Numbered from the stretch's first letter, positions 43,828 through 52,804 are shown. The stretch is DNA of 64,000 bases from Burkholderiales bacterium (GCA_031370625.1 JANMQR010000314.1:5052-69051), one strand, 5' to 3'. The notes: generated from the sequence alone by a model not told the origin. Made by a program: numbers and translations.

Positions 43828-44301
43828 ATGCCCGCGCCAATTTCCGCATCACTTGCTGAGTCGATCCTTGTCGTTGAAGATTCCGACGAGGATTTCGACA
43901 CCTTGGTCGAGGCAGCACGTGGCCTTGGCGAGACACCAATCATTCACCGTGTGCTGTCGGGCGGAGATTGTCTGGCACTTTTGCGCGGCGAAGGCGGCAC
44001 CCATCAAGCGCCTCTGCCCTTACTGCCGTCCCTGATCTTCATGGACCTCAACTCTCACGGTGTTGATGGCCGTGAAGCTTTGGTAGTCATCAAATCCGAA
44101 CCGCGGGTCAAAGAGATTCCTCTGGTGATATTGACCACCTCGGCCAATCCCAAAGACCTGACTTTCTGCTATCAAGCGGGTGCCAATGCATATCACGTCA
44201 AACCGGTGCGTCATGATCAGTACCTGCTGTTACTGCGCTCCATATTGCGTTACTGGTTTGAGACCGCCACGCTTCAACACCCGATGGCCGGAGCCGATTG
44301 A
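43828..44301 (+). CDS. Single-domain response regulator (phytochrome-associated, Rcp-like)
   Basis: The ATG at 43828 is 1 nt after the bphP stop. Motifs ILVVEDSDEDF, LIFMDLNSHGVDG and LVILTTS. The TGA overlaps the next ATG (TGATG). Confidence 0.85.
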   Translation: MPAPISASLAESILVVEDSDEDFDTLVEAARGLGETPIIHRVLSGGDCLALLRGEGGTHQAPLPLLPSLIFMDLNSHGVDGREALVVIKSEPRVKEIPLVILTTSANPKDLTFCYQAGANAYHVKPVRHDQYLLLLRSILRYWFETATLQHPMAGAD

Positions 44302-47201
44302 TGTCGCATACTGAAAAATTACCGCTGCAGCCTTGGTGCATCTTCATCATTGACGAAAGCCCTGATGACCGGGCTGATATTCGCCGCATGCTGCTGGGTG
44401 GCCTGGAGCGGAGATTAACTTTTATTGAGGCCGAGTCGGGAGGCGGCGGTATCAAAGCCGTACTAGGTGCCGCGCAACCGCCCGACTGCATTGTCCTGCA
44501 CTACAACCTGCCGGATATGTGTGCACCGGAGTTGCTGGCCGCCTTGATTGGGCCTGACGGTATGCCGATTTGCCCGGTGGTGGTGGTGACTGGCGGTGCC
44601 AACCGCGAAGAGGGCCGCTTGGCTCTGCGCGCTGGTGCGCAGGACTACATCGCCAAGGACTGGACCAACCCGAGCGCCCTCACCCGTGCCGTCGAAAACG
44701 CCAGTGAAAGCTGGGCCATGGCGCGTGAGCTGCGCGAAAGCAAAGGGGCGCTGCGCCTGGTCACTGACCGCGAAACATTTCGCAGCGTATTTGGCGACGC
44801 GACGCGTGGCCTGACGGAAGAGCATGAGCTCAGGCGTGTGGCTTCACATCTGCTGGGCGTTCACCTGCAAGTCAGCCGCGTCCTGTACGGTGAGGTGGTG
44901 GGTGAAGAAGCCATCGTGATCGGGCAGAGCTACGTCAGCGGTGTGCACCAGATAGAAGGCAGCTACAGGCTCAAAGACTATGGCCCGAAGTTGTTAAACA
45001 CTTTCCTATGTGGCGAAAACGTGGTTGTGTCGGACATACGCACTGATAGCGGCTACTCTGAGAGCGAAAAAGCAGCCTACGCCGACTTGAAGATTGTGGC
45101 CAATCTGACTGTTCCTATTTTGAAAAATGGGCGGCTGGTGGCTGTACTCGGTATTCACCATCATGCACCACGTCAATGGACCGCGAACGACATGGCCATC
45201 TCGCGGGAAATCGCCGAGCGCACATGGGCCGCGGTGGAACATGTGCGGGCTGAAAGAAAACTTCATGCCAACGAGCTGCAACTCTCGCAGATGCTGGACA
45301 TCATGCCGTCTTTCTCGGTGGTGCTGACGGGGCCATCGCATGTGTTTAAGCTGGTCAACCAGGCTTACTTCGACCTGATTAAACGCGGCCCGGAGATCAT
45401 CGGGAAAACCTTCGTGGAGGCATTGCCGGAGCTGGCCGATCAGCCCTTTCCGGCTTTGCTTGATGAGGTTTACCGTACTGGTCAACCGTTTGAGGCCAAA
45501 TCGATGATGGCAAAGCTCAAGTTGGGGCCAGACGGGAAGTTGATCGATATGTTTTTTGATTTTTCGTATTTGCCATTGCGAGACGTTAACGAAAAGGTAT
45601 CGGGTGTTTTTATTCATGGTGTGGATCGCACTGCCGAAGCGAAGGCGAACGAAGCACTGGCTCGGCGGGAGCGCGAAATACGCAGCGTGACCGAAAATAC
45701 CCCGGATGTGCTGACGCGCTTTGACCGCCAGTTTCGCCATGTGTTTGTCAACTCGGTGATTGAGAAATTCACTGGCCGGCCAGTGGCAGAAGTTTTGGGC
45801 AAAACCAATCGTGAGTTGGACATGCCGGAACAACTTTGCGAGCAGTGGGAACAGGCCATCTCGCATGTGTTTGATCATAACGAGCACACATCGCTGGATT
45901 TTTCGTGGCAAACACAAATCGGCGTGCGTCATTTTTCGTGTCGTCTGGTGCCCGAGCATAATGAGCGCGGGCAGGTGGAGTCGGTGCTGGCGGTGACCCA
46001 CGACATTACTAATCGTCGCGCCTATGAGCAGCGGCTGCTGGAGCAGGACGTGCGCAAGGATGAATTTCTGGCGACTCTGGCGCATGAGCTACGAAACCCA
46101 CTGGCCCCCATACGCACCGGCTTGCAGGTGCTCAAACTTACGCCCAAAGCAGATGTCGTTGCGCGTACGTTGCCGGTGATGGAGCGGCAGTTGGGGCAGC
46201 TGGTGCGCTTGATTGACGATCTGCTTGATGTTTCGCGGATCAGCAGCGGCAAGATTGTGTTGAAGCGCGAGCGCATTGCCTTTCAGGAAGTTGCCGCGGT
46301 CGCGCTGGAGGCATCACGGCCCGCCATTGATGCCGCAGGCCATACGCTAAACATCGACTGGCCGAGCGAGGCGGTATGGCTGGACGCGGATGCGACCCGG
46401 CTGACGCAAATACTCAGCAACCTGCTGACCAATTCGGCCAAGTACATGCGCCCAGGTGGTCAGATTAAATTTTCTGCGCGGCGAGAAAATGAAAACATTT
46501 TAATCACGGTAGCGGACACCGGCATGGGCATTCCCGCCGATATGCTGGACACGGTGTTCGATATGTTCACGCAAATCAATCGCACGCTGGATCGCGCACA
46601 AGGCGGCATGGGCATCGGCTTGTCACTGGTAAAAAACCTGGTTGAAATGCATGGTGGCTCGGTTTATGCCGCCAGCGACGGTGTTGATCAGGGCAGCGAA
46701 TTTATCGTCAGCCTGCCGATCATCGCCGTGGTAGCCGCCGATGCGCTCGCGCCTGCCCTTTCTTATCCGCCTGCTCAAGGTGTTGCTCATTTGCCACGCC
46801 GCATCTTGGTGGTCGATGACAACGTCGACGCTGCCGAGACCATGGCCCTGTTGCTGGAGCTGTCGGGCCACGATGCGCGTTCGGCGTTCAGTGGCCAAGA
46901 GGCGCTCGAGGTCGCGTTTTCTTTTCATCCCGAGGCGGTGTTTCTGGATATCGGCTTGCCCGGCATGAATGGTTATGAAGTGGCGCGCCAACTGCTGGCC
47001 AATCCGGCCACAGCTGCGAGCAAATTGATTGCGTTAACCGGCTGGGGCAGCGAAAACGATATTCGAAAATCAACCAGTGCAGGCTTTCATGCCCACTTGA
47101 CCAAGCCGGTGGATCCGGACGCGGTCGAGGCGATACTGTCTACGCTTTTGCATTCGCATAAGTCCAGCGCTGACGACTCTTTTTCTCGAGCCAACAACTG
47201 A
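44301..47201 (+). CDS. Hybrid sensor histidine kinase (atypical REC - GAF - PAS - PAS - HisKA - HATPase - REC)
   Basis: H-box FLATLAHELRNPLAPI. N/G boxes LLTNSAKYM, DTGMGI and GGMGIGLSLV. C-terminal receiver ILVVDDNVDAAE..VFLDIGLPGMNG..HLTKP. Confidence 0.9.
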   Translation: MSHTEKLPLQPWCIFIIDESPDDRADIRRMLLGGLERRLTFIEAESGGGGIKAVLGAAQPPDCIVLHYNLPDMCAPELLAALIGPDGMPICPVVVVTGGANREEGRLALRAGAQDYIAKDWTNPSALTRAVENASESWAMARELRESKGALRLVTDRETFRSVFGDATRGLTEEHELRRVASHLLGVHLQVSRVLYGEVVGEEAIVIGQSYVSGVHQIEGSYRLKDYGPKLLNTFLCGENVVVSDIRTDSGYSESEKAAYADLKIVANLTVPILKNGRLVAVLGIHHHAPRQWTANDMAISREIAERTWAAVEHVRAERKLHANELQLSQMLDIMPSFSVVLTGPSHVFKLVNQAYFDLIKRGPEIIGKTFVEALPELADQPFPALLDEVYRTGQPFEAKSMMAKLKLGPDGKLIDMFFDFSYLPLRDVNEKVSGVFIHGVDRTAEAKANEALARREREIRSVTENTPDVLTRFDRQFRHVFVNSVIEKFTGRPVAEVLGKTNRELDMPEQLCEQWEQAISHVFDHNEHTSLDFSWQTQIGVRHFSCRLVPEHNERGQVESVLAVTHDITNRRAYEQRLLEQDVRKDEFLATLAHELRNPLAPIRTGLQVLKLTPKADVVARTLPVMERQLGQLVRLIDDLLDVSRISSGKIVLKRERIAFQEVAAVALEASRPAIDAAGHTLNIDWPSEAVWLDADATRLTQILSNLLTNSAKYMRPGGQIKFSARRENENILITVADTGMGIPADMLDTVFDMFTQINRTLDRAQGGMGIGLSLVKNLVEMHGGSVYAASDGVDQGSEFIVSLPIIAVVAADALAPALSYPPAQGVAHLPRRILVVDDNVDAAETMALLLELSGHDARSAFSGQEALEVAFSFHPEAVFLDIGLPGMNGYEVARQLLANPATAASKLIALTGWGSENDIRKSTSAGFHAHLTKPVDPDAVEAILSTLLHSHKSSADDSFSRANN

Positions 47202-47227
47202 AAAAAGTCGGCAAGAAATTCACTTTT

Positions 47228-47968
47228 TTGAAACCAATTTCTACCATGTCAACCATCGCCGATAAAGCACCAGCGGTTTCTGCAGACCCTCCTTTACTGC
47301 CTTCAGAATTGTCGGCGCAGTGGCGGGCCGAAGCGGCCAATTACGCGGTGTTGCGCCGAATCGCGCCGGCGCTTCGCCACGACGTGGCGGGATTGATGCA
47401 GCCGCTCGGCATGCTGATGATGGTGCTGCAACGGCGCATGCAAATGCCGGATCCGGATCTGGCGGCGATTAGTAAAAACGTCGCCTCGGTCAACGCGCTC
47501 ACCAAGGAGGCGACCGCCGGTTGTATGAATGCGATGGGATGGATGGTGACAGGCGACGACGCGCCGACTGCCTTGCGAACTGCGGTCAACGAGGCCATCA
47601 AATTGCTGGAGATGGAATTCGCAGCGACGGCGCTGGAACTGGTCAACGGCATTGCCGATGACCAAGCCGTTGCGCCGAAAAACTTTCTCCACAGTGTACT
47701 GACGGGCGCACTGTTGGCGTTTTGTGATCAGCGCACGGCAGGGGCCGCGCTGGAAATCAAATTTGAAGCTGGCAGCCGCGATGAAAGGCCGCGCCTCAAG
47801 CTGTGTATGCTGCCAGGCGATGCGTCCAAATTGTCGGCACCCACAGAAATGACTCGACCATCGCGCGCGATTGATTGGTCCGATGTCGAGGCCATGGCGA
47901 ACTCGTTTAACGTCACAATGGCCAGAGGCGAAGGTTGGCTAACGCTGAGTTTGCCGGTCACCGGGTGA
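47228..47968 (+). CDS. ChpT-like histidine phosphotransferase candidate (H-box present, degenerate ATPase-like C-terminus)
   Basis: LRRIAPALRHDVAGLMQPLGMLMMVLQRR resembles the ChpT/HPTransfase H-box (R-h-x-H-D-h-x-x-P-h-G). The 246-aa size fits. No N/G1/G2 ATP-binding boxes are seen. Assignment is by eye only. Confidence 0.5.
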   Translation: MKPISTMSTIADKAPAVSADPPLLPSELSAQWRAEAANYAVLRRIAPALRHDVAGLMQPLGMLMMVLQRRMQMPDPDLAAISKNVASVNALTKEATAGCMNAMGWMVTGDDAPTALRTAVNEAIKLLEMEFAATALELVNGIADDQAVAPKNFLHSVLTGALLAFCDQRTAGAALEIKFEAGSRDERPRLKLCMLPGDASKLSAPTEMTRPSRAIDWSDVEAMANSFNVTMARGEGWLTLSLPVTG

Positions 47969-48010
47969 TGCTCAGCACGGTAGCACGGTAGGTCGGGCTG
48001 GCCTCATTAA

Positions 48011-48058
48011 GCCCAACATCGGTGATGGCGCGATGTTGCACTAACGCCGATGTTGGGC
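48011..48058. repeat. Stem-loop with alternative pairings 3' of the phosphorelay cluster
   Basis: GCCCAACATCGG (48011-48022) pairs with CCGATGTTGGGC (48047-48058). An internal CGATGTTG (48031-48038) offers an alternative partner. Confidence 0.6.
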
Positions 48059-48109
48059 AAACGATGAAACTGTTTATCTAACCTACTAATTTCCGATTTC
48101 AGTGTTTTA

Positions 48110-48193
48110 GGATGGGTGGAGCGGCTTTTTGCGATACCCATCATCGGTGTCGAAATGCTTGATGGGTATCGCTAAAGTTCGCTTCACCCACCC
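48110..48193. repeat. REP-like palindromic element
   Basis: Perfect 13-bp stem GCGATACCCATCA/TGATGGGTATCGC (48131-48143 / 48160-48172). It is nested in the imperfect outer pair GGGTGGAGCG / CGCTTCACCC. Confidence 0.6.
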
Positions 48194-48296
48194 CCGACAT
48201 CTAATTTCAGAAGTTGATGTTGCGCGCCATGCGCTTTTCAACTTGGTGACTTGGGTGGTAAAAAGCGCCTACAACGTGTAAGAAAAGCAGCGTTGC

Positions 48297-48336
48297 GTGC
48301 GCTAGCGCACAGTCAGATCGTGTAGGAGTCCTACAC
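48297..48336. promoter_or_regulatory. Two perfect palindromes upstream of the CHRD gene (candidate operators)
   Basis: GTGCGCTAGCGCAC (48297-48310; 14 bp) and GTGTAGGA-G-TCCTACAC (48320-48336; 8-bp arms). They lie 60-100 nt upstream of the ATG at 48396. Confidence 0.4.
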
Positions 48337-48395
48337 AATGCAGTGTGAGCTTGCCTGTTCGTTGTCTGTTCCTGCGTGGACTTTTGGAGAAACTG

Positions 48396-48857
48396 ATGAA
48401 TTACTTTCGTATGCGGTTGTGGATTGGCGTTTTCGCCGGTTTGTTGACCTTGGGTTCAAGTTTAAGCGCGCACAGTGCGACGCCGGTTTCCAGCGAGACC
48501 ATTGACATGACCGCGAGCTTGTCACCCAAGAGTGAAGTACCGCCGGTGGATTCCGCCGCCACCGGCAGCGTCATCATAAAATTTGATAAAAAGACCAGTC
48601 TGTTGAGCTACACGATTACGTTTGCGAATCTTGGCGGCGCGGTCACGGCAGCACACTTTCATGGCCCTGCTCCGGTGGGGAAAAATGCGGGTATTGCCGC
48701 GCCGATCAAGGGTGCGATGATTAGTCCGATGACCGGCGGGGTGACATTAAACGCGGCGCAGTCAGCCGACTTGCTGGCGGGCATGTGGTATGTGAATTTG
48801 CACACGGCGGCGAATCCAAATGGTGAAATTCGCGGGCAAGTGATCACTCAGCCTTGA
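48396..48857 (+). CDS. CHRD domain-containing exported protein
   Basis: The likely start is MNYFRMRLWIGVFAGLLTLGSSLSAHSA (GGAGA RBS). CHRD motifs: LSPKSEVPPVDSAATGS, AAHFHGPAPVGKNAG and YVNLHTAANPNGEIRGQV. Confidence 0.8.
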   Translation: MNYFRMRLWIGVFAGLLTLGSSLSAHSATPVSSETIDMTASLSPKSEVPPVDSAATGSVIIKFDKKTSLLSYTITFANLGGAVTAAHFHGPAPVGKNAGIAAPIKGAMISPMTGGVTLNAAQSADLLAGMWYVNLHTAANPNGEIRGQVITQP

Positions 48858-49117
48858 AAGAGCGCTCCTTCATGCGAGTTTTATGCAGCAGCGCTGCATC
48901 GCGTCGATGCTATGGCCGCAAATGCGCGGCATCGTCGGCGATGGTGTCCAAGCACACTGGTTTGCAGCGCGAGAATATGAATACCCAATATCGTTATGTG
49001 CTGTACCATACAAAGTTCGATACCGCTCATAGCGAATCTCTTTCACTTTCACTTTCACTTTCGCTTAAGTTGAGCAATCGTGATTGTCTTGCAAATTAAT
49101 GGTCAACGGAGGCTCCG

Positions 49118-49513
49118 ATGACACAGCTCAGCATTCTCTACGTTGAAGACAACAAACAGCTTCGCAATACTATTTGCGAACTGCTTCAGAGTGATGCGCG
49201 CGTAATCGCCACCTGCGCCAGCGCGGAAGAAGCTTTTACTTTGCTGGCTACCCGTCACTACGACGTTCTCATTACCGACATCAGCTTGCCGGGTTTGTCT
49301 GGAACCGAATTAACCCGTCGCATGATCGCATCGCGTCCCGATCAATGGGTGGTGCTGTGCTCGGGCTATGAACTGCCGCCGGATCTCAGCAAACTCGGTG
49401 CCAACGTCCGCTCGCTGATCAAGCCGTTCGAAATCGGTGATCTCGACGCCATGTTGGACGAAATCGCGTCGGCGGTGACTCGCGCGGAATCAAGCCAGAG
49501 CGCACTCAGCTAG
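49118..49513 (+). CDS. Single-domain response regulator (receiver only)
   Basis: Motifs ILYVEDNKQL, VLITDISLPGLSG and LIKPF. Confidence 0.85.
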   Translation: MTQLSILYVEDNKQLRNTICELLQSDARVIATCASAEEAFTLLATRHYDVLITDISLPGLSGTELTRRMIASRPDQWVVLCSGYELPPDLSKLGANVRSLIKPFEIGDLDAMLDEIASAVTRAESSQSALS

Positions 49514-50876
49514 CCCTGCCGCCGGCCCGCTTGTCGCGTGCGTAGCGATCCATCAGACTCGTCACCGACACACCATGCAGCACGATGGATGCAGCAACTA
49601 CCGAAAGTGTGGTGGCGGCAAGTGTGCTGGCAACGTCCGGCGGTAGATCGTAATTGATCGCGTACATCAAATAAAACAGTGAGCCAACACCGCGAATGCC
49701 AAACCAGGCGATCAAGCGCTTTTGGCTTTTCGACATACCTGAGCCTGCCAGCCCCAGCGCGACCGAGATCGGTCGAAACACGAAAAACATCAGACCAACA
49801 AAGATCCACGACACGTCGCGCCAATCCACACTCCACAGCAACATGCCAATCACGATCACCACAATAACTTCGCCAATCCGCTCCAGTTGCTCGTTAAAAC
49901 TCAACACCGCATACGCCATATAAGCCGATGCATGCTTTTCATCGGTTGCCAACTCTTCTTTGTGCGCGGAATCGAGAATGCCGGGGTGGCTGCTCAGCTG
50001 GTCATCGTCCTTTGCGGGCGTGGCGATCTTCGACTCTGTTGGTGGTGCCGATGCACTCGCCGCAGTCTGGATTTGTTCCACGCGTCGCAACGCCGCACCC
50101 GCGGCGAATACCGCAAGAAAGCCATACGCGTTCAGCATCAACGCCGCCCCATAGGCCGCAGCAATTAATCCCACCGCCAAAAAGTTATCGAGACCCACGG
50201 CTTCTTTGTGCCTGCGGCGGACGTATAGCACCAGTTTGCCCACGCCAGTTCCGAGCGCAGCACCAATCACGATCCCCGCAGCCACCGCCCAGAAAACATC
50301 GACCGCGAGCCAGCGCCAACCGATTGCGCCGATTTCATGCAGGCCCATCAGCCCCAAGCCCAGCATAACAATGGGGAATGCCGTGCCGTCGTTTAGCCCG
50401 CCTTCTGCGGTCAACGCGAAACGCAATTGATCGCGGTCGGTTGGCTCAGTCACCTGAACCTCTGACGCCAGCACCGGATCAGTCGGGGCGAGAATGCCGC
50501 CCAAAAGGATCGCAGCCCCCAGCGAAAGCCCCAACAGCGTTACACCCGCCACTGCAACCAGCGCAACCGTTATCAGCATCGACACCACCGCGAGTCGAAG
50601 TGATGGCATCCAGCGGCGGTCGCGAAGGCCGGGACTTAATTTTAATCCCGACGTAAAAAGCGAAATGAGCACGACGATTTCGGCGAGCAATTCAAGTGCC
50701 GACGAATGCGTTTCTGCATTTAACGCCGTGACCGCTAGCCACAAGGGACTGAGTGCGGCACCGATGGCGAGGTAGAGCATGGCGCTGCTAAATGGCAGGC
50801 GTGAAATGTAGGAGCTGCCAAGACTCATCGCCAGCAACAGCGTACCGCCCAGGGCGAACCAGACACCGGCTTCCAT
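49506..50876 (-). CDS. Cation:proton antiporter (Na+/H+ exchanger family)
   Basis: 456-aa polytopic membrane ORF with motifs ILAPTDPVLAS and ALTAEGGLNDGTAFP. Its 3' end overlaps the convergent response-regulator gene by 8 nt. Confidence 0.85.
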   Translation of the reverse strand: MEAGVWFALGGTLLLAMSLGSSYISRLPFSSAMLYLAIGAALSPLWLAVTALNAETHSSALELLAEIVVLISLFTSGLKLSPGLRDRRWMPSLRLAVVSMLITVALVAVAGVTLLGLSLGAAILLGGILAPTDPVLASEVQVTEPTDRDQLRFALTAEGGLNDGTAFPIVMLGLGLMGLHEIGAIGWRWLAVDVFWAVAAGIVIGAALGTGVGKLVLYVRRRHKEAVGLDNFLAVGLIAAAYGAALMLNAYGFLAVFAAGAALRRVEQIQTAASASAPPTESKIATPAKDDDQLSSHPGILDSAHKEELATDEKHASAYMAYAVLSFNEQLERIGEVIVVIVIGMLLWSVDWRDVSWIFVGLMFFVFRPISVALGLAGSGMSKSQKRLIAWFGIRGVGSLFYLMYAINYDLPPDVASTLAATTLSVVAASIVLHGVSVTSLMDRYARDKRAGGRAS

Positions 50877-50915
50877 CAGCGCGCGCGGCCTGGGGTGCGA
50901 CGAAAACTTTGTTTA

Positions 50916-51830
50916 CTAAACACGTTGCAGCTCAATTGCTGCGTTGACGCGCTGAGCTGGCTGTGGCGAATCGCGCATTGAACCAAATCGCTGCGCGTAC
51001 ACCCAAGTAAATTCCGCGCCGATCAGGAAAATTTGCGCTGAGTAATACACCCAGACCAGAATCACCGCGATCGAGCCCGCCGCGCCAAATCCGGATGCGA
51101 CACCGCTTTTGCCGATGTATAAACCAATCAAAAATTTACCCATCGTAAACAGCGCGGACGTCACAAGCGCGCCAATCCACACGTCCTGCCAACGCACCTG
51201 CGCACGCGGCATGAGTTTATAGATCATCGCAAACACCAGCGTGGACAGCATGAATCCGACGGCCGCGTTTGCAATCTGCGCGACGATTTCCCAGCCGCCA
51301 AAAATCGGTGCCCACCACTTGCCTAGCGCGCTCACAAACGCGCCTGCGACCAACGATACCATCAACAAAAACGCCAGCCCGAAAATCATGCCGATGGAAA
51401 GCAATCGTTCACGCAGCAGATTCAGTAGGCCTGAATTTTTTTGTCGAATCGGCGCGCGCCAAATTCGGTCCAGCGCGTTTTGCAATTCACCGAACACACT
51501 TGTCGCCCCAATCACCAACAGCGCCACGCCCGCCATGCTCGCACCGATGCTCTGCGCGGGCTTATTCAATGACGCCAATAATGTTTCGAGTGCAGCAGCC
51601 GCATCACTGCCCATCAGGCCGCGCAATTGCCCAAACAACTCGCCGCGTGCTGCCTCGGCACCGAATACAAACCCGGCGACCGACATCACGATCAACAGCA
51701 GCGGTGCCAACGAAAATATCGTGTAGTAAGAAAGCGCCGCACCCATGCTGGGGGCAGCGTCGTCGAGCCATGCGGTGATGGCTTGTTTGAAAAGACTAAG
51801 CGAGTCGCTCGCAAAACGTCGCACGTTCAT
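50916..51830 (-). CDS. YihY/BrkB-family membrane protein
   Basis: The likely start is MNVRRFASDSLSLFKQAITAWLDDAAPSMGAALSYYTIFSLAPLL at 51830. This is a typical YihY N-terminus, and the protein has 6 TM segments. Confidence 0.85.
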   Translation of the reverse strand: MNVRRFASDSLSLFKQAITAWLDDAAPSMGAALSYYTIFSLAPLLLIVMSVAGFVFGAEAARGELFGQLRGLMGSDAAAALETLLASLNKPAQSIGASMAGVALLVIGATSVFGELQNALDRIWRAPIRQKNSGLLNLLRERLLSIGMIFGLAFLLMVSLVAGAFVSALGKWWAPIFGGWEIVAQIANAAVGFMLSTLVFAMIYKLMPRAQVRWQDVWIGALVTSALFTMGKFLIGLYIGKSGVASGFGAAGSIAVILVWVYYSAQIFLIGAEFTWVYAQRFGSMRDSPQPAQRVNAAIELQRV

Positions 51831-51937
51831 TGGATTCCACGCATAGAAAAACGAATTGAAAGCGAAAACAATACATGTGTTCAAATTCAATGCAAAAACT
51901 CGGGTCTAGTACTGGCGCGGCTTTCAAGCCACTATTC

Positions 51938-51968
51938 GCCCGAGAGGCTTGCTGCTGCTCGGGTTTTT
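51938..51968 (+). terminator. Orphan terminator-like hairpin (no plus-strand gene upstream)
   Basis: CCCGAG-13 nt-CTCGGG followed by TTTTT. Confidence 0.35.
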
Positions 51969-52336
51969 AATTTCGATTCTGCACCAGCGGAATTATTCGG
52001 TGTTGCTTACACAGCAATCGTTGCGCCAATAGTGGCAAAAAATTGATTGACTTGACGTAGGAGAAATGACCTATCCGGCGTAGCGGTTTTAGGTTTTTGT
52101 AGAAGTATTGAGACCTGATCAATCAGCAGCGCAGATGCTTGAGAAGTCTTCAGCAAGTATAAAAACAGAGAATTTATTTTCTGCGGAGGACATGTGAAGC
52201 AACACTTCGCCTACACACAAACCAACATATTGCCTACCGCCTTGACTACCTGCTAGTCGTATCGTGATTGTTGACCGGATTCACCGGCCATGTGATGAAC
52301 ATTCGCCAGCAATCAATTTAACCAAGGAGTATCGAA

Positions 52337-52804
52337 ATGAATGCAACCAAACTGCTCGTATCCACTGCCGCCGCCTTCGCAACGATTGGCGCCATGGGCG
52401 CAATTGGCGTCGCTTCCGCGCAATCAACTTACAACACGCCATCCGCAGCACCTGTGCCATCGACATCGAAAGCAACCGACCCAAATCGCGAAGCGCAGCA
52501 GCGCACCAACAAACCGGGCACCGCGAGTCCGGCTGATGCTTCACCGGTTAACAGGCCAATCAGCGGCATGAACGACGGCGCTGCCAGTGCCATGGACAAA
52601 AGCAACACCGGCCGCGTGAAAAGTACAGCACCAAATACCACCGACAACAGCAGCATGGGCACAACCATGAATGCGACACCCAACGCCACCGACAACACTA
52701 GCACCATGAACAAAGATACGAGTGGGAATACGGAGCGCTCAACCAACATGAACGACACAACCGGCATGCGCGCTGAACGTGCACCAAGAGCCGACCGCAA
52801 CTAG
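52337..52804 (+). CDS. Secreted low-complexity Ser/Thr/Asn-rich protein
   Basis: AAGGAG RBS. Signal peptide LLVSTAAAFATIGAMGAIGVASA/QS. The remainder is compositionally biased. Confidence 0.6.
   Translation: MNATKLLVSTAAAFATIGAMGAIGVASAQSTYNTPSAAPVPSTSKATDPNREAQQRTNKPGTASPADASPVNRPISGMNDGAASAMDKSNTGRVKSTAPNTTDNSSMGTTMNATPNATDNTSTMNKDTSGNTERSTNMNDTTGMRAERAPRADRN

Noticed and set aside
45006-46085. 359-aa ORF antisense to the hybrid histidine kinase gene.
   Set aside because: The sense strand encodes uninterrupted GAF/PAS/HisKA motifs. The antisense product has no recognisable motif and no start context. It is most likely a frame artefact.
49040-49063. A hexamer tandem repeat, (CTTTCA)x3 plus one imperfect unit. 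I considered it as a CRISPR or VNTR.
   Set aside because: It is far too short and has no spacers. It is a trivial microsatellite in an intergenic region.
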